Below, one piece after another: positions 37,501 through 50,900 of a stretch of DNA of 64,000 bases (position 1 is its first letter; each line of letters opens with the position of its first letter). The notes beneath the pieces were generated by a model. The model searched no databases. It had not been told where the DNA came from and was given only the letters and a program-made list of their open reading frames with translations. A program made the translations under genes and the position numbers. Source of the DNA: Balanoglossus misakiensis (taxonomy: Eukaryota > Animalia > Hemichordata); assembly GCA_040954595.2 (NCBI GenBank), contig CM082588.2, forward strand, positions 980,613-1,044,612. The letters run 5' to 3'.

Positions 37501-40500
37501 GATCCACATCCCGGTTGCCAACAAGGCGAGAGAGAACGCCCTAGTGATTGCAGCTCAACAGAGAATGTCAAACAAAGAAATCGAACGCAGGAAAATCACA
37601 GGAACTTTGTCAAGCAGTTCTGTCACCTCAGCCATTGCGAAGTTAGAAATCGCGTCGAGCAACAAACAGGATATCCTGTCAAAGTTCAAGTCTCCAGCAA
37701 CCTTGAAGAAAGACACAGAAGATAAAGTCTTTGAGGTGGAACTGAGTTCGAAATCTTTCACGGCGCCATCTACACTTACTATTACCCCATCAAATGTGGT
37801 CAAAGGTCAGAAAGTGAGAGAGAATGGCAGTGAAATAGCCAGTCCTGTTCAAAGATCAACAGCAGGTAAGTACTCACCAATACTATGACAGGTTCGGAAG
37901 TAGCTCTGTTCTTTTTACCACAGTGGAAATTTCATTATCGGCAGTTATAGTACATAGAATACGTGCTGAAAGTGTGTAGTTATATTTCTGATCAAAGAAA
38001 ATAGGCATTCGACCTACATCAGTAACTAGTGTAAAGTTTTGAATATTTGTATCTTTCCACCTGTTGTAGGTCCAGTCTTAGAAGAAGGCACAGTTGCATT
38101 GCCCATCAAGTTTGTACCAAAAGGCGCTGGACATTACCCATGCCGAGTGGTCTTGAAGGCTCCCAATGATATCCGTGTCTATCAGATCGAATGTACGGTC
38201 AACCCAGAGGGAACTGCAGCAGAGATTGAATTCACAGCTCCTGTACATCAGTCTATAACACAGGAAATACCAATAGTAAGTCACAACGTGAATAGTTGTC
38301 CAAGTATTACATGTACAAGTTTGAATGGTTGATGACACCAGAACTGTACATCTTGAATAGATGTTCAATTGATTGATTGATGACTAATCAGAATGCATTA
38401 TTATTCTGCTGTGCAGGTGAATCAGACACCCCATGACTGGCCATTACAAGCTTCAATTGAAGGTCTTGGATTTCACGGTCCCCCGTACCAACTGGCCAAA
38501 GCTATGCAGACATCCTATTATCCACTCATGTTCAGACCATCTCTGGAAGCATTGTCTAATGTGAGTTGTGATTCATTTTATTGTATGATGCTGAATTATT
38601 ATGTTAGACCTTTACAGAGAGAAATTGGGGTTACAGTGTGAAAGCTTCTCTATACCATCTACTGTACATGTATGTTTCATAAGATCATTCTCGGACATTG
38701 GTTACTAACCCTTCATTTTACTTTTTTTTGATCACAGGGTAAATTGGTTCTGCATAACATTGACAACAACACAGATCATATCTTCTATCTACAAGGTTTG
38801 GGACAAAAACCACTGGCGCTTGACCACATCACCTTGGAATGTGAAGCCAGACAGACGTAAGTCTAGACAGGAAATCTAATATCTTGCAATGATTTTAGAC
38901 TTTGAGACAATCTCATTATGAATCTTTCAAAGAACCACACTGATTTTAAAATGAATTTTTCTATTTGTTATTTTCATTGGTTCAGGGTTACTGAGACCAT
39001 CAAAGTACCAAATGTAACATCCAATAAGATGGTATATAGAGGTGTATCTGATTTGAATATTATTACTGGACCACCTGTCCTCACTGTCCTACCTGGACAA
39101 GAAGAGGATTATGATGTTTTGGCATCACCATGGAAACGTGGCACTTTCAAGGGCATACTTTCCTTCATAGCTGGGGGTACAGCCAATTTACAGTGAGTAT
39201 GACAATTTTATTTCACTGAGGCAAAGTGTAAACTGTAGAAATATGAGGCTTATGTTTTATTATTTGATGTCTTATGATTTTAATGAATTTTGAAAACAAT
39301 TTGACTGATCTTCGATTTGTATTCTAGGGATGCTGACAGTGATGGTGAAGGTGATGATGGTGAGCGACCCGAAAGTGGCCGGTCCGGTCAATCGAACCAG
39401 TCCTCTCAGTCAAATGCCAGCAAAGCTAGCACATCATCTAAAACTAAGCGTAAATCCTCCAAAGATAAAGTTGAACGTAGACAAGGTTACAGAGTGTGGT
39501 ATTCAGTGGAAATTATCAGTCATCCACCACCACCAGAAAATCAACTGGAAATTACCTGTGCGGCTCAGGTAAGTCATTTCATTCATGAACCCTTTCCAAA
39601 CTTCCATTGCCTTTTAATGTGGTCTTCAGCATTTAAATTTTTCTCAGTTTGGTCGCTTGGAAAAAACATAGTGATTCATCCTGAAGTGATCTGATTCGTG
39701 TAAAAAAAGTCTTTTTTATTCAGGGTCAGATATAGATTTTTTTCCATTTTGATTGACAGTCAGCAGCTGTGATGGAAGTCAGCATATCCAACCCCACGGT
39801 CAATGATTTGACTTTCGATGTGACCATAGAAGGTGAAGGGTTGAGGGGAAACGACACCATGTCCCTCAAACCAGGACAGAGAGATATGTATCAACTCACG
39901 TATGCACCTGCTATTGTGGGAGATTTCACTGGAAGGTGAGTGAGACTTAATATGACTGGATGAATTATCAAATAACAATCTCAGAACATCAATGGAAACA
40001 CAGATTGTCTTGTGGTGACATATGACATAGGCAACTCACAGTCTCAGTGTAGATTTCACTTAACGATATTTCTTTTCTCGATCAGTCTGATCTTTCAGAA
40101 CGAACAAGTTGGTGAGTTCTGGTATGACTTGAAGCTGATCGCAGAAACACCAGCACCAGTGGTGTTGCCACACATGGAATGTGAACTGGGCAAATGGACC
40201 AGACAGTACATAGAGCTCTCCAACCCGACTGAGGAAACTCTACAACTGAAACCGAGTAACACCAACATGAACAACTTTACATTAGAGCTTGATATGGACA
40301 AGAAGGTAAATATCACAAGAAATTTAACGATTTGTACATAGTACTTTGATTTATTTGACCGTGTATTCCTTGATCCATTGTTTGGGTGGTTGGTTGGTTG
40401 GTTGGTTGATTGATTGACTGACTGATTGATTGATTGATTGTTTGATCATTGTAGCTGAGTATACATAATCTCTATTTGAAATTCCACAGTGTTCGATAAC

Positions 40501-43084
40501 AAACTTGTATGTATCTTTCAGATCGTGTTGGCTCCACATTCCAGTCAGAGTATCCCACTACAGTTTATGCCTTCGTGTCTTGGTCAGGGAGATCAGTATG
40601 CCAAGATTGCTTTCACCTGTTCACAGGTAATTGTCTACCTTTGTATTTAAAATTCTTATTTATGGTACCAAACAACAAGAATTGCTTCATGACAAACAGA
40701 TAAAGACATCTAACAATTTGATATTTTTTGCTCCAATAACAGCTTGGTGATTTAGTGTACATGTCATCGGGAAGTGGTCTAACACCACAACCTGTGGATC
40801 CTGTCAGCATCAGTGCATCTCTTGGCGCTAACACGTCATTGATCATTCCGTTCCGTAACCCGATGGATCAAACTGTTTTTGTGGATGTCATTCTATCTGG
40901 TAAGTTTGAAATGTATGCTTGGGGTTGCATGAAGGAGATTTTGCCAATATGCCAGTCACTCATAGTATGGTTTACAACATGCACATTCAGTAAAAATACA
41001 TATCTATTTGAGTCTGATTTTAAACTTTGAGCCAGTGTCTTTAACAACCCTCAGTACAGGATATAGGCTGCAAGCTTTCTTGTTGGCAATGTAACCAATT
41101 AAAAATACTTTTCCTTTTCAGATAACAAGGATGTCACCAACGGTGTGAATTCTGGAGTAGACAAAAACATCATCCAATCAGATTCAGCCTTCTGTCTCCT
41201 CTTGAAAAACCCCAGCAATATCCCGGTGCCTGCCAAAACTAACATCGATATCCCTGTGACCTTTGCTCCTGACAACATGAGTCTTCATGAAGCATTGTTG
41301 ATTGTGTCAGTACGGAGAGAAGATGGGTCCAGTTGGGAATATCTGCCGCCATCACAACCGGATCATATCTATGGAAGAAGGTAAGATTGCAATACTCTCA
41401 TTCCCAAAGGAGGTTCTGAGTGTATTCATATTGTTGTTTGTAGAATTTCATTCAAGTTGAGTGTGTTGATGAAAATTATGATTCATGTTGACAGAGATAC
41501 TGATAGACGTGATGCCAGTGGTGGACTGAAGGATATCCGGTGGTTGTATCCCATCCATGGCATTCCAGAATCTCATGCCACATCCGATACCAACGTGGCC
41601 CTGATAGAATGTCAGACTCGTAGTCGAATTGAGGAAAGACTAGAAGCCACATTGATGGGAGCAGTGCCCAGCTCAGCAAGCGGATACCAAACCATGAAAA
41701 CCAGAGCATTGACCCCAAAAGATGCGTCCAGACCGAGTAGTAGTGATGGTGTGGTAGTTGGAGAAGGTAAGAAAGTTTTCTTGTGAAGGGCCTGGCTTGT
41801 TGTACCATAAGACTCCTTTTAACAGCACTACTGAAATAACACTAAACACTTCTTTTCTGATGTTTCAGGAAACACTTTAGCAGAAGAGTTCTCTTTTGAA
41901 ATTCTTTATGATGATGATGAGACTAGAGCTACACTAGGAAATTCCATCGCTTTGAGTTTACTCCGTAAACAAAGAGACAAAAGCAATGGCATCATGACTT
42001 TGGTTTTCAATGTTGTCTTTGCTCCATACAAGATCATGAAGTAAGTCAATGGAAATATGCTCCTTTTGTTACAATCTCCATAAATTGGCCCTTCTTACTT
42101 CACTTGAAACATAGCTGTATAGATTCTAAGACATTGTTTGTGTCCATTTTCTCAGCTATGATGTGTACCTGCGTATTACTGCAGCAACTGGTGGTGTGTG
42201 GACGTTCCCATTGAGGTTCATTTCTACTGAACCCATGGTTGATGATGTCATCACCATTGAAGCAGTTGGTTTGAATAAAACTTCAGCTGTTGGTTTCAGG
42301 TTGACCAGCCAAGCCAGGTATGTCTTGTATTGTAGTGTATTGCACTGTATTGTATCGTATCTTATGGTATCATATCGTTTTGTAATGACCAGATCTTTTG
42401 TAGTACTAACCATTCACCAATAATTTCATTACCAGTGCTAACCAGACATCAATAGTTTCTTGAACATTACTAACTAGAACAACATTTCTTTTTTCAGACA
42501 TCCAGTGGTATTCAATGCATACTTTGTTGCGGGCAGTGATGCAGAGTTTTCAATAAGTCCTCAGAGTGGGGAATTACTTCCCCTGGGTACAAACGGCACA
42601 CTACTGACTGTCTCCTTCACACCACGTATTTACGGCAAGACATACATTGGCAAATTGGTGGTACAGGTAAGTTGTTTATCACGTGATCAATAGCATTCAA
42701 ATGTACAGTGGTATAGACATATCTTGTGTATGAAGTAGAATGCTGCATTTTAGATAGAACAGAATGGTCTGTTCAGTGGCCATACTATCAAGAGAAATTG
42801 GACAGATGAATGTTCTCCTGGATATCAACCCATTTTTTTTTTTTTACATTTATGTTTTGTAGACTGCTGATATGCAGTGGACATACGACATCCAAGGTAT
42901 TACACCCTCATACACACCCCCCACTGGTCAGTCCGAGAGACCTATTGCTGGGCCACACCCATTCCCTAAATTCCAACGGCGACCGACCAATTACGTCAGA
43001 GAGAATCTGAAACTGACAACTACGGCCGTCTCTTCACCTGTGAAAGGAACACAAATATTGAAATCGAAACAAGTATTGACGTAG
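25229..43084 (+). CDS. CFAP47: Cilia- and flagella-associated protein 47; about 48 exons, roughly 3000 aa (first exon 25229-25378, last 42862-43084)
   Basis: N-terminus VRIEPPVVEF...PIAPGLELKATIEY...VDFGAVTANHRVLSKEISLYNHG matches recalled CFAP47. Repeated ASH/Ig-like segments and a CH-like region (ERILLSWLNHHY, NFDFDLLDGLVLA). Exon chain with short introns; not every junction phase was checked. Confidence 0.93.
25540..25637. repeat. (ATG)n microsatellite with two GTGCAG interruptions, CFAP47 intron 1
   Basis: Read directly. It produces the spurious poly-Met ORF 25506-25688. Confidence 0.95.
32297..32401. repeat. (GTTC)n/(ATTC)n microsatellite, CFAP47 intron
   Basis: Read directly, after the donor at 32273. 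Confidence 0.95.
37248..37421 (+). other. CFAP47: GC-AG intron in CFAP47
   Basis: GCTGCAG|GCAAGT donor and ttttaacag acceptor join SAAAA-G to SGRGIYGG in frame. Confidence 0.75.
40378..40446. repeat. (TTGG)n/(TTGA)n compound microsatellite, CFAP47 intron
   Basis: Read directly. Confidence 0.9.
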
Positions 43085-43859
43085 AGGATTGTTTTTGTTG
43101 ATAAAAAGACTTGTAAATAAACTGCAAACCTATACTTTATGATGTATTCGCATTTGATGACAAATTTGATGGAAATATACTTAAATATTGATGTATATTA
43201 TTATCCAGCTGTAAACCACCCCTCTGACACTTTACCCATCCACTTTAGAATCTGCTTTTCAGATTTGTGATCTTGTATATATAAAACAATATAAATTTGT
43301 ACAACTTCTATCATGAACAATATGGGATTGTTTTCATGTGAGAAACATGTCATTCATTTGGACTCTGAGACTTGTTTTTATGCTGTATGTGTTCTTTGGA
43401 TATTCCAGTGAACCAACCATCCTGTCAATACTTATTCCGTCCAAAAGTCACTGTGTACTCAACAATTTGATCTGATATAAGATTATCCTTTGTAAATAAA
43501 TCTGATGCTAAACTTTGACTGTTAATGGAAAACACACCTTGTGCATCAACACAGTACAATAGTTTATCTCTTTCCTTTCTTGAACTGTAAAATAATGGAC
43601 TAAAATTTGACTTGATGTCAATTTATTATCTCAGTCAGTGTCCATTGTGATACATATATTTTGTATTTTTATCTGGTTCTTGGATATTACCGTATGTTGT
43701 TGATTTGATATTCGTAATACAAATTACAAATGTATGATGTTTTCCTAAACTGTGCTATTTGCCTTCAAGTGTATATGTGTATGGAGATCTAGATGAAGAC
43801 TGCACAATTCTGCTGTCATTATAGCAGAGATGTGTTGTCATTTCACACACAAGCTTACT

Positions 43860-43988
43860 ATTGCCGTGGTAACCTATTGTTACCATGGCAATTTTGCACA
43901 CAACACAACATACAACACCAGTGGCAAGTTTTGTGTTTAATAAAATAACTTTAATCACCCGTACTACAGAAATTGTATCCATAGCAAC
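43860..43988. promoter_or_regulatory. Cluster of three X-box-like motifs between the convergent 3' ends of CFAP47 and the ankyrin gene
   Basis: ATTGCCGTGGTAAC 43860-43873, GTTACCATGGCAAT 43879-43892, GTATCCATAGCAAC 43975-43988. Confidence 0.5.
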
Positions 43989-44901
43989 AAAAATATACAG
44001 AAAATAATTCTTCCTTCAAAATGAATTGAGGACATCCCTGTGTTAATTTATGAAAGAATTGCTTCATTTAAATGACTCCAAATTCTTGATATATTTGTCA
44101 ACTGACATAAAAACATTTACACAATATATACAATTTACAACAATTGAAGAAATACACTGCTTGATGCTAAAATTACAATAAGACAACACAAAACTGTTAC
44201 ACCATTGAAACATATAAATATATTGATTATTAAGTGTTCTTTATATACACATATAAAATATAGTGGGTTCATTTCAAATGAATATCATTTAGTACATTTA
44301 GTGATGTGAATATAAATAAGACATTTGTTAAAACCAAGATGCAAATGGAATAACATTTCAGTAGTTTTATTTAAGTTGACAACAAAAAATCTTGTCGGCC
44401 AGAGTGAGGGCACAGAGTACATGATTCCAGAAATCACTCGCATTAACTAATTTTGACATGATCCAGTGTTATTTGTAAAACACATAAAATTCAATCACCG
44501 CCCTGTTGTAAATAACTCCTGGTCTGATATGGTTAAAAAAGAACAGATTTAGACGTTCTAGAGAATGCAAATTTTGAGGTAAAATACAATTGATATGTAT
44601 TCAAACAGCAGCAAATATACAAAACATTAAGTTCTTGGGGAATAAAAAATACAAGATTCCGATTTTAAATTAATACAAACAATATCAAGGTATGGTTATG
44701 TATGTTCCATATATATTCCATGCTTGAGGGCGCATTTAATGGATAGGTGGGTTGTGGTTGTCACGGAGATTGTACGACTCATGATGTGATGTTTCTATGG
44801 ATATAGGGCTGAAACCTTTACTACATGGTAGTAATTTGTAATGCACCAAATTTTGGAATGTAAGTTTATTTCAGATTTCTCCCCTGTTGTCATGGAAACT
44901 T

Positions 44902-47219
44902 TTACCAGTACTCCCCATCAGACTCTCCCTCACTGTCGCTAAGGGAACCAATGCTTCTTTCATCAAACCAATCGATCTGATAGAACTTGCTGAGTAATCG
45001 TTGTCTCAGCAGTTCAACCTCAAAATTTAAAATTGCATCTTTGGGAAGATGTAGCAAGTCAACCAGGTGCTCAAAAATATCTCTTCCCAGAAATGCTAGT
45101 AAATATCTTTCATAGTAATCGCCATAGTGATCATACGACTCCTGACAAATATATTCCTGAAGAGGAAACAAATGAGAATTCATCGAACCCATACTTCTCA
45201 TGTAACAAATCTGGAAGATTCTGCGAGTGCATAACTGGAGTAAAGAAGTCGTGGTACCACCAAACATCAAATGAATTAATCTTGGTCCTAATTTGCATAA
45301 ATGGCTGCATCCAGGTAATACTTGCATGTAGTCTAGCAGTTCATTGAAGATTTTGGCAGTGCTGAAGTATCCTGTGAAGGGTTCAAGAAAAGAAATAGGT
45401 GAGGGAAATGTTTGAAATGATGAGGAATTGACAGGACTTGTCAGAAGTTGAGGGGGATACAGGAAATTGACAGAATCCATGACTGCAATACCTACAAGGA
45501 TTCACTTAGGTTTCATTCACATGTCTGATAGACAGATTGCCTGGACAGATTTCACAGGTAAGTGTTTCAAAGTTTTTACTTTCCTTTCAATGAGACTTAC
45601 CACGGTCAACAAGGTGGGTGATAAATTGATAATTCGGTGTTGCCACAGAAACAACCCTGGATGACATCAGTGAGACGAATAATGGAGATACATGTCTGAA
45701 AAGAAACATAAATCTTATCAATGTCCATTTCAAGAGAGATATGGACTGTGTTGTTCTTGAAACAAATCTGATAGTACTCTCGTAAGATGACAACAACATA
45801 CCTGCCATCATCTGTGAGGTCGTTTATCCACCCAAAGATGTCTGGATCAGCTCTATGTTCCAGTAACCTCAGTGCATTCTTGGTATCACCGCGGGACATG
45901 CACTCAAACAAGGCAGTCCTGTCTTGCTTGTTTTGTTCATCAATCTGAACTCAAAACAAAATGCATCTATAATATTAATATAGGGTTACCAAAGACATTC
46001 ACATTTATTTACAGTCAGACCATGAACTTGTCATATTTTCACATCATGTAGCTGTTACAGTCTAGTCTGCTGCAAAAATTATTTGTATCAATGTTATACC
46101 TTTACTCCTTGTTTTGAAAGGAGAAATGGAATGTGCTGATCCTTATTTTCCAGGTTGTATCCTTGTTGGTAAGGGTTATCCACAAGCGTCATCCCACATG
46201 GAAATGAACTGCAGGCTGATATCAGTGGTGTGTTACCATAGCAATCTTTAGCATTGACATCAGTGCTGTTATCACAGAGAATCTCAGCTATGGTCAGGTT
46301 GTTGCTTCGAATCAAGGTTTCATGTAATGGTGTCTTGTTTTTTTCATCACGCACGTTCGGATCAGCACCACGCCCTGTCAAAACCACACATATATTTTAT
46401 CAAACTTTTATTGGCTGTAACTGTTTGTAAACTGATGTGGCAAATTATGAAAGCCAACTAGTGTCTCGTAACTTTACTCGAACATAGCTCACCCAGTAAT
46501 AACCATGTCAGACTTGCTAACTCGTCAATGACTTCTTTGATGGTCAGATTGGTTTTTGCACCAAAGCCAATCACATGATTTGGACCGAGTACTGCATGTT
46601 TGCTTTCAGTCTTACACCTCTCGGTGATTTCACTGAAAAAATCCACAATCAGCTGCAAAGGTGAACGACCTGGATTCATGAACTCTGAACCAAATGTCTG
46701 CAATCAAAACCAAAACTGATGTTAGTTAGTGAGTTTTAATGTGCATAGTATCAGACAACTCATCATATTATCTTCTCATAATCAGTAGCACAATAATTAC
46801 AATATAATAGAATTCATAGTTCATACCTGTGGAACTCTGTGTCCAGGATCAGCTCCTAAACAAAAACAAATAAAACTGTTAACAGCAAGTTTTAAAAACA
46901 ATAATATTTGAATGCTTCCAATATATGGCAATTTACACTCATCAATTTCACATAAGTGTTTACCTTGTTCGACCAATAACTTCGCCACATGAAGATTTCT
47001 GGGACATGGGTGACCGATTTCATCGAAACCGCAAAGAACAATGTAGAGGGGGGTTCTCTGATAGAATCCTTCATCCAAATGACAGGGGACGTGCGTCTCC
47101 AAAATTAATTTCTCTGCATCGCGAAATCTTTTCTCTTCCAAAGCTAGAGTTAAACGAGTTTGGTTGATTCCAAACACGACGTGAAATCCACCATGCCCAC
47201 CACCGCCTGCCGCTGCCAT
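44902..47219 (-). CDS. Ankyrin-repeat protein with C-terminal SOCS-box-like elements (ASB-like, uncharacterised). Exons 47219-46964, 46855-46827, 46697-46493, 46374-46100, 45944-45802, 45695-45601, 45491-44902
   Basis: Ankyrin motifs QRTPLY...AKLLVEQGADP, GADPNVRDEKNKTPLH, DVNAKDCYGNTPLISAC, DRTALF...LLEHRADPD. Tail has TSLLQLCTRRI and LLHLPKD. Seven in-phase GT-AG exons. Confidence 0.82.
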
Positions 47220-47916
47220 TAAGGTTCCTGAGGGTAGCAACAGTATGTACTAAACTTAAAGTACCGGTAGCACTGCTGGCTGCTATTGTAAACAACCTGT
47301 ACGATTCCCGAACCAGCGGTGACTGTGATCAGCTCAGTTCGGGGTTTTAAAAGTGCAAATAGGTCGCGATCACTAACGAAAGGTGTGTGTAAAGTCGGCA
47401 GAAGCTTTAAGCATCACTGGCAATATTGCACAATCGACATCGGTTTGGAAGAGCGAAGCTTTTACAGCATGACAGAGAGTTGAAACGGACAATACGATCA
47501 TAAGTTACAGGAAGAAGCCATTTTGTTTACTATCCTTTTCCCATGATGCCTCAGTATTGGGATTATACCATCCCTATCAGGGGGTTGTATTGCTTCCCGA
47601 ACACCGCGGAATTAGAAATTGGGATTGCAACAAAACGCTTCAACGCGGCGAATTAAAAATTAAAAGGTCTGAGTGGTAAACTATTTATGTTTTATCATCC
47701 CAGGTAGACGTTAATCGCTGTCAAATCATCGATACCAACGGATCACAAATCCCAACCCAATCTCTCTGCTGTCTACCTATTCATCAATAGTTTGTTCTCA
47801 GTTGCATTTCAGTGCTTGTTCATTTCACAGTCACATGTGTGTTCTGTTGTGAAACAGACAACACGGTTCCTCAGGAGTTGAAGATCTGGCGTTATTGAGT
47901 GTTTTCAGGAGATACA
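47220..47916. promoter_or_regulatory. Bidirectional promoter region ankyrin gene/SMS with ZNF143-like and YY1-like motifs
   Basis: Divergent ATGs about 700 bp apart, CpG-enriched. GCCATTTTG near 47517-47525 and TTCCCATGATGCCTCAG at 47538-47554. Confidence 0.55.
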
Positions 47917-50900
47917 ATGTCCGTGGAGACTTATATGCTCAATTTCTGCTGCGACACGGAAATATTTCGTGATCCAGGTAAAACTACTTAGTACTAGTAT
48001 CCATTTCTGACCGGCAGTTTTATGGCCGGTGTCCAGGCCTTGTAAACGTCAGTGTTGTATAATGCTTTTGAGTTTGACATGCATGTCGGGGCGGGGCGAC
48101 TCTCGTACCAGGGTATTTCATTGTGTCCGATCGTCTCTCCTATTTATCACTACAACTTTTAGCATGTGAAAGAATCGAGCTGCGCACAAGAACACAGTTC
48201 ACTAAAGTTGCATCTAACTTTACGACCCCTAAACAAGATCTAACTGAGTTGAAGAGTTTCCATGACGACTGTGCTTGTATTTTTTTCTTCATTGGTATCT
48301 GCATTGATGTATTTTGTTTTAAATTTGTCAGTATTATCATTGATGCTTTTGTTGTATTTCTAATTTTTAAATATCTTTTTTTTTTTTAATTAAGTAAATA
48401 AAAAGACAGTGCAACAAGACATTGACACTGTGCTGAAGGAGTCCGGATTTGATGGAGAGACTTTTTCCTCTGATGTCGGAGATTATGGAATTTTATCTGT
48501 CCATACTGGAAAGGACGGAAGGTAGGATGATATTGACTTTTCTTCATACACTTTGTGGATGAATTTGAATGTTAATTAGAATTGTGAAGTTAGTTGTCAC
48601 CACAGATAAAGCTATCAAGCAACTATACGCCTGAGTCATGAGGATTAATCTAATATTTGTAATAAGTTAAACCAATGGGGAAAAGTGCTGTCAAGAAATT
48701 AGTGCAAGTTTTTTTTCAGCACCTGCTCAGGTTTCATTTTATCTATTATATGTAATCACTAGAGAATTGTCAGGGCAGTAATAACCTGTCATGTGTCAGT
48801 GTTTACACAGTGAAGTATCTTCCTACTGACTCTTCTCTCTAGGGTCTATGAGTTAACCCAATCTAACAAGATATCATCACTTTTCTCTTTTCTGTCTGTA
48901 GAAGTGCCACAATCCGAGGTTACCCACATGGACTTCTCACAGTTGACATTCAACACTGCTCCGCTTCTAATGCCAAAACATCAGACCCCTTGAATACCCA
49001 AAACATTGAAATCAAGATTAAAAAAGTGTTAAACTGCAAAAAGTCAAAAAGGTGAGTTTTTTGCTCATTTTTTACATTCCATTTTACATTCCAATTTGGT
49101 TTTAGCCAGCAGCTGTTTGCTAAACACTCAACAGACTCTTTCAACAGAAAACAAAAGGTTATCACTCCAGATTAATCCTCTTTGAACAAGACCAGAACAA
49201 ACGTCAGCCCAGTTGGTATGACTACTCCAAATTTATTTTATGATATATATTATTTACTCTGTTTGTTGTATTTAGATTTCCAGCTATAGAGCGTGGTGGA
49301 CCTATTGACAGATACATACCAACAACTGACAATCGTTTTATCGAGTACGACTTCGATGAAAATGTCTACGAAGCGGACTCTCCGTATCAGAATATTAAAA
49401 TAATGCATTCTCCGCAGTTTGGCAATGTCCTTATTCTAGATGATGACCCAAGTAAGTAGTATTTATTTTATTTATCTGCTTTTTCTTTCATCTTTACTTT
49501 TCTCTTTCCAAAAATGCACCACATATTCAGTATCAGAATATTATTAATTCATCATCTGCAGGACATAGGGTTCAATGAGTGTTAATTTATTACAAAGTGT
49601 TTATTACTTTTGTTGATGACTTATTACAGATCTATATTAATATACATATTGACAAATCACCCAGGACTAAAACAGATGGTACCTAATCCTCCTGAGTAGA
49701 CTTGCATATAATCTAACATTACATAGAGACAATTGTTTGGTCCTAATAAATGTTGTTGTATTACATTATAGTATTTGCTAGTACCAATACACACCCTGCA
49801 TATGATACATCACAGATGTGACAGAAGTCTATTTTAATGCACAATGATTTTCATGCTTAATACCACAACAAGGCTGTCATTGGAAATATATAAATAAATG
49901 CCATTTGAGTGTGTAACCTGTTTTATTCAAGATCCAGTGTAGCACATGATTTCATTTCCGAGCACAATTTCAACTTGAATTGAAACTCGACATCGATTTC
50001 CATTTTCTGACATACATTTCTGGTACATCCTTCCTGTTACCCTGTAACTAGCAAATGAACTGTATAGGTCAGTCATTCATGCATTACTGATATTTGACAC
50101 GTGTGTGTTTCATGTGGAAATTGGTCTTTTTATTTCCTTGTCAACTGAATTTAGTCTTGTATCGAAACTGCTAATATATTATTGGACAGCAGATGTGCTG
50201 ATGATAAGGTCACTATGAAAAAAATTCGAAGGAGAGAGTGAAATTGTTTCAAATTTGAAATTCAAAATGACCATCAATCCCTATTAATGGCTTGCAAATG
50301 AATTGTCATACACCAGATGGTTTTCAGATATTAATACCTTTCATGTTTATTCTTGTGGCAAATGTCATCCATCTTCCTATAGGCATAAATGTACTCTAAT
50401 CCATCAGTTTTAACAATTAGCAATATATTACTAAAGGTTGTTCCAATACTAGGCAGTAGTTGTGAAGGTAAATTTATCTTTTTATACAATCATTTTATAG
50501 AGTTGCCTAGTGCAGTTGATAAACTACAACTTTTGGGATTACCATGGATACAGGAAAACCTCTTTCTTCATCCTTTTCCAGATCTTGCAGAAAGTGACCT
50601 GCCATACACGCAAGCAATCACTGGCAATAGTCGTGAAGACTACAAAGACAAAGATATTCTGATACTTGGTGGTGGCGATGGTGGAATTCTCCATGAACTA
50701 CTGAAAAAATCACCCAAATTTGTCACCATGATTGAGATATCCTTTGCAACTATGATGTCATTTTCTCTCGGTTACATTTCAACCTGTTTCCACTGTTATT
50801 AATGTTTTTCCTTAATAATTGTGTACATAGACCAGCTTGTTATCGATGGTGCTATAAAACACTTACGAGGCATTTGCTATGATTCCATGGATCAACTAGA

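Noticed and set aside
50737-50802. Apparent premature stop or pseudogenisation of SMS after VTMIE
   Set aside because: Explained by the AT-AC U12 intron; the frame is intact after splicing.
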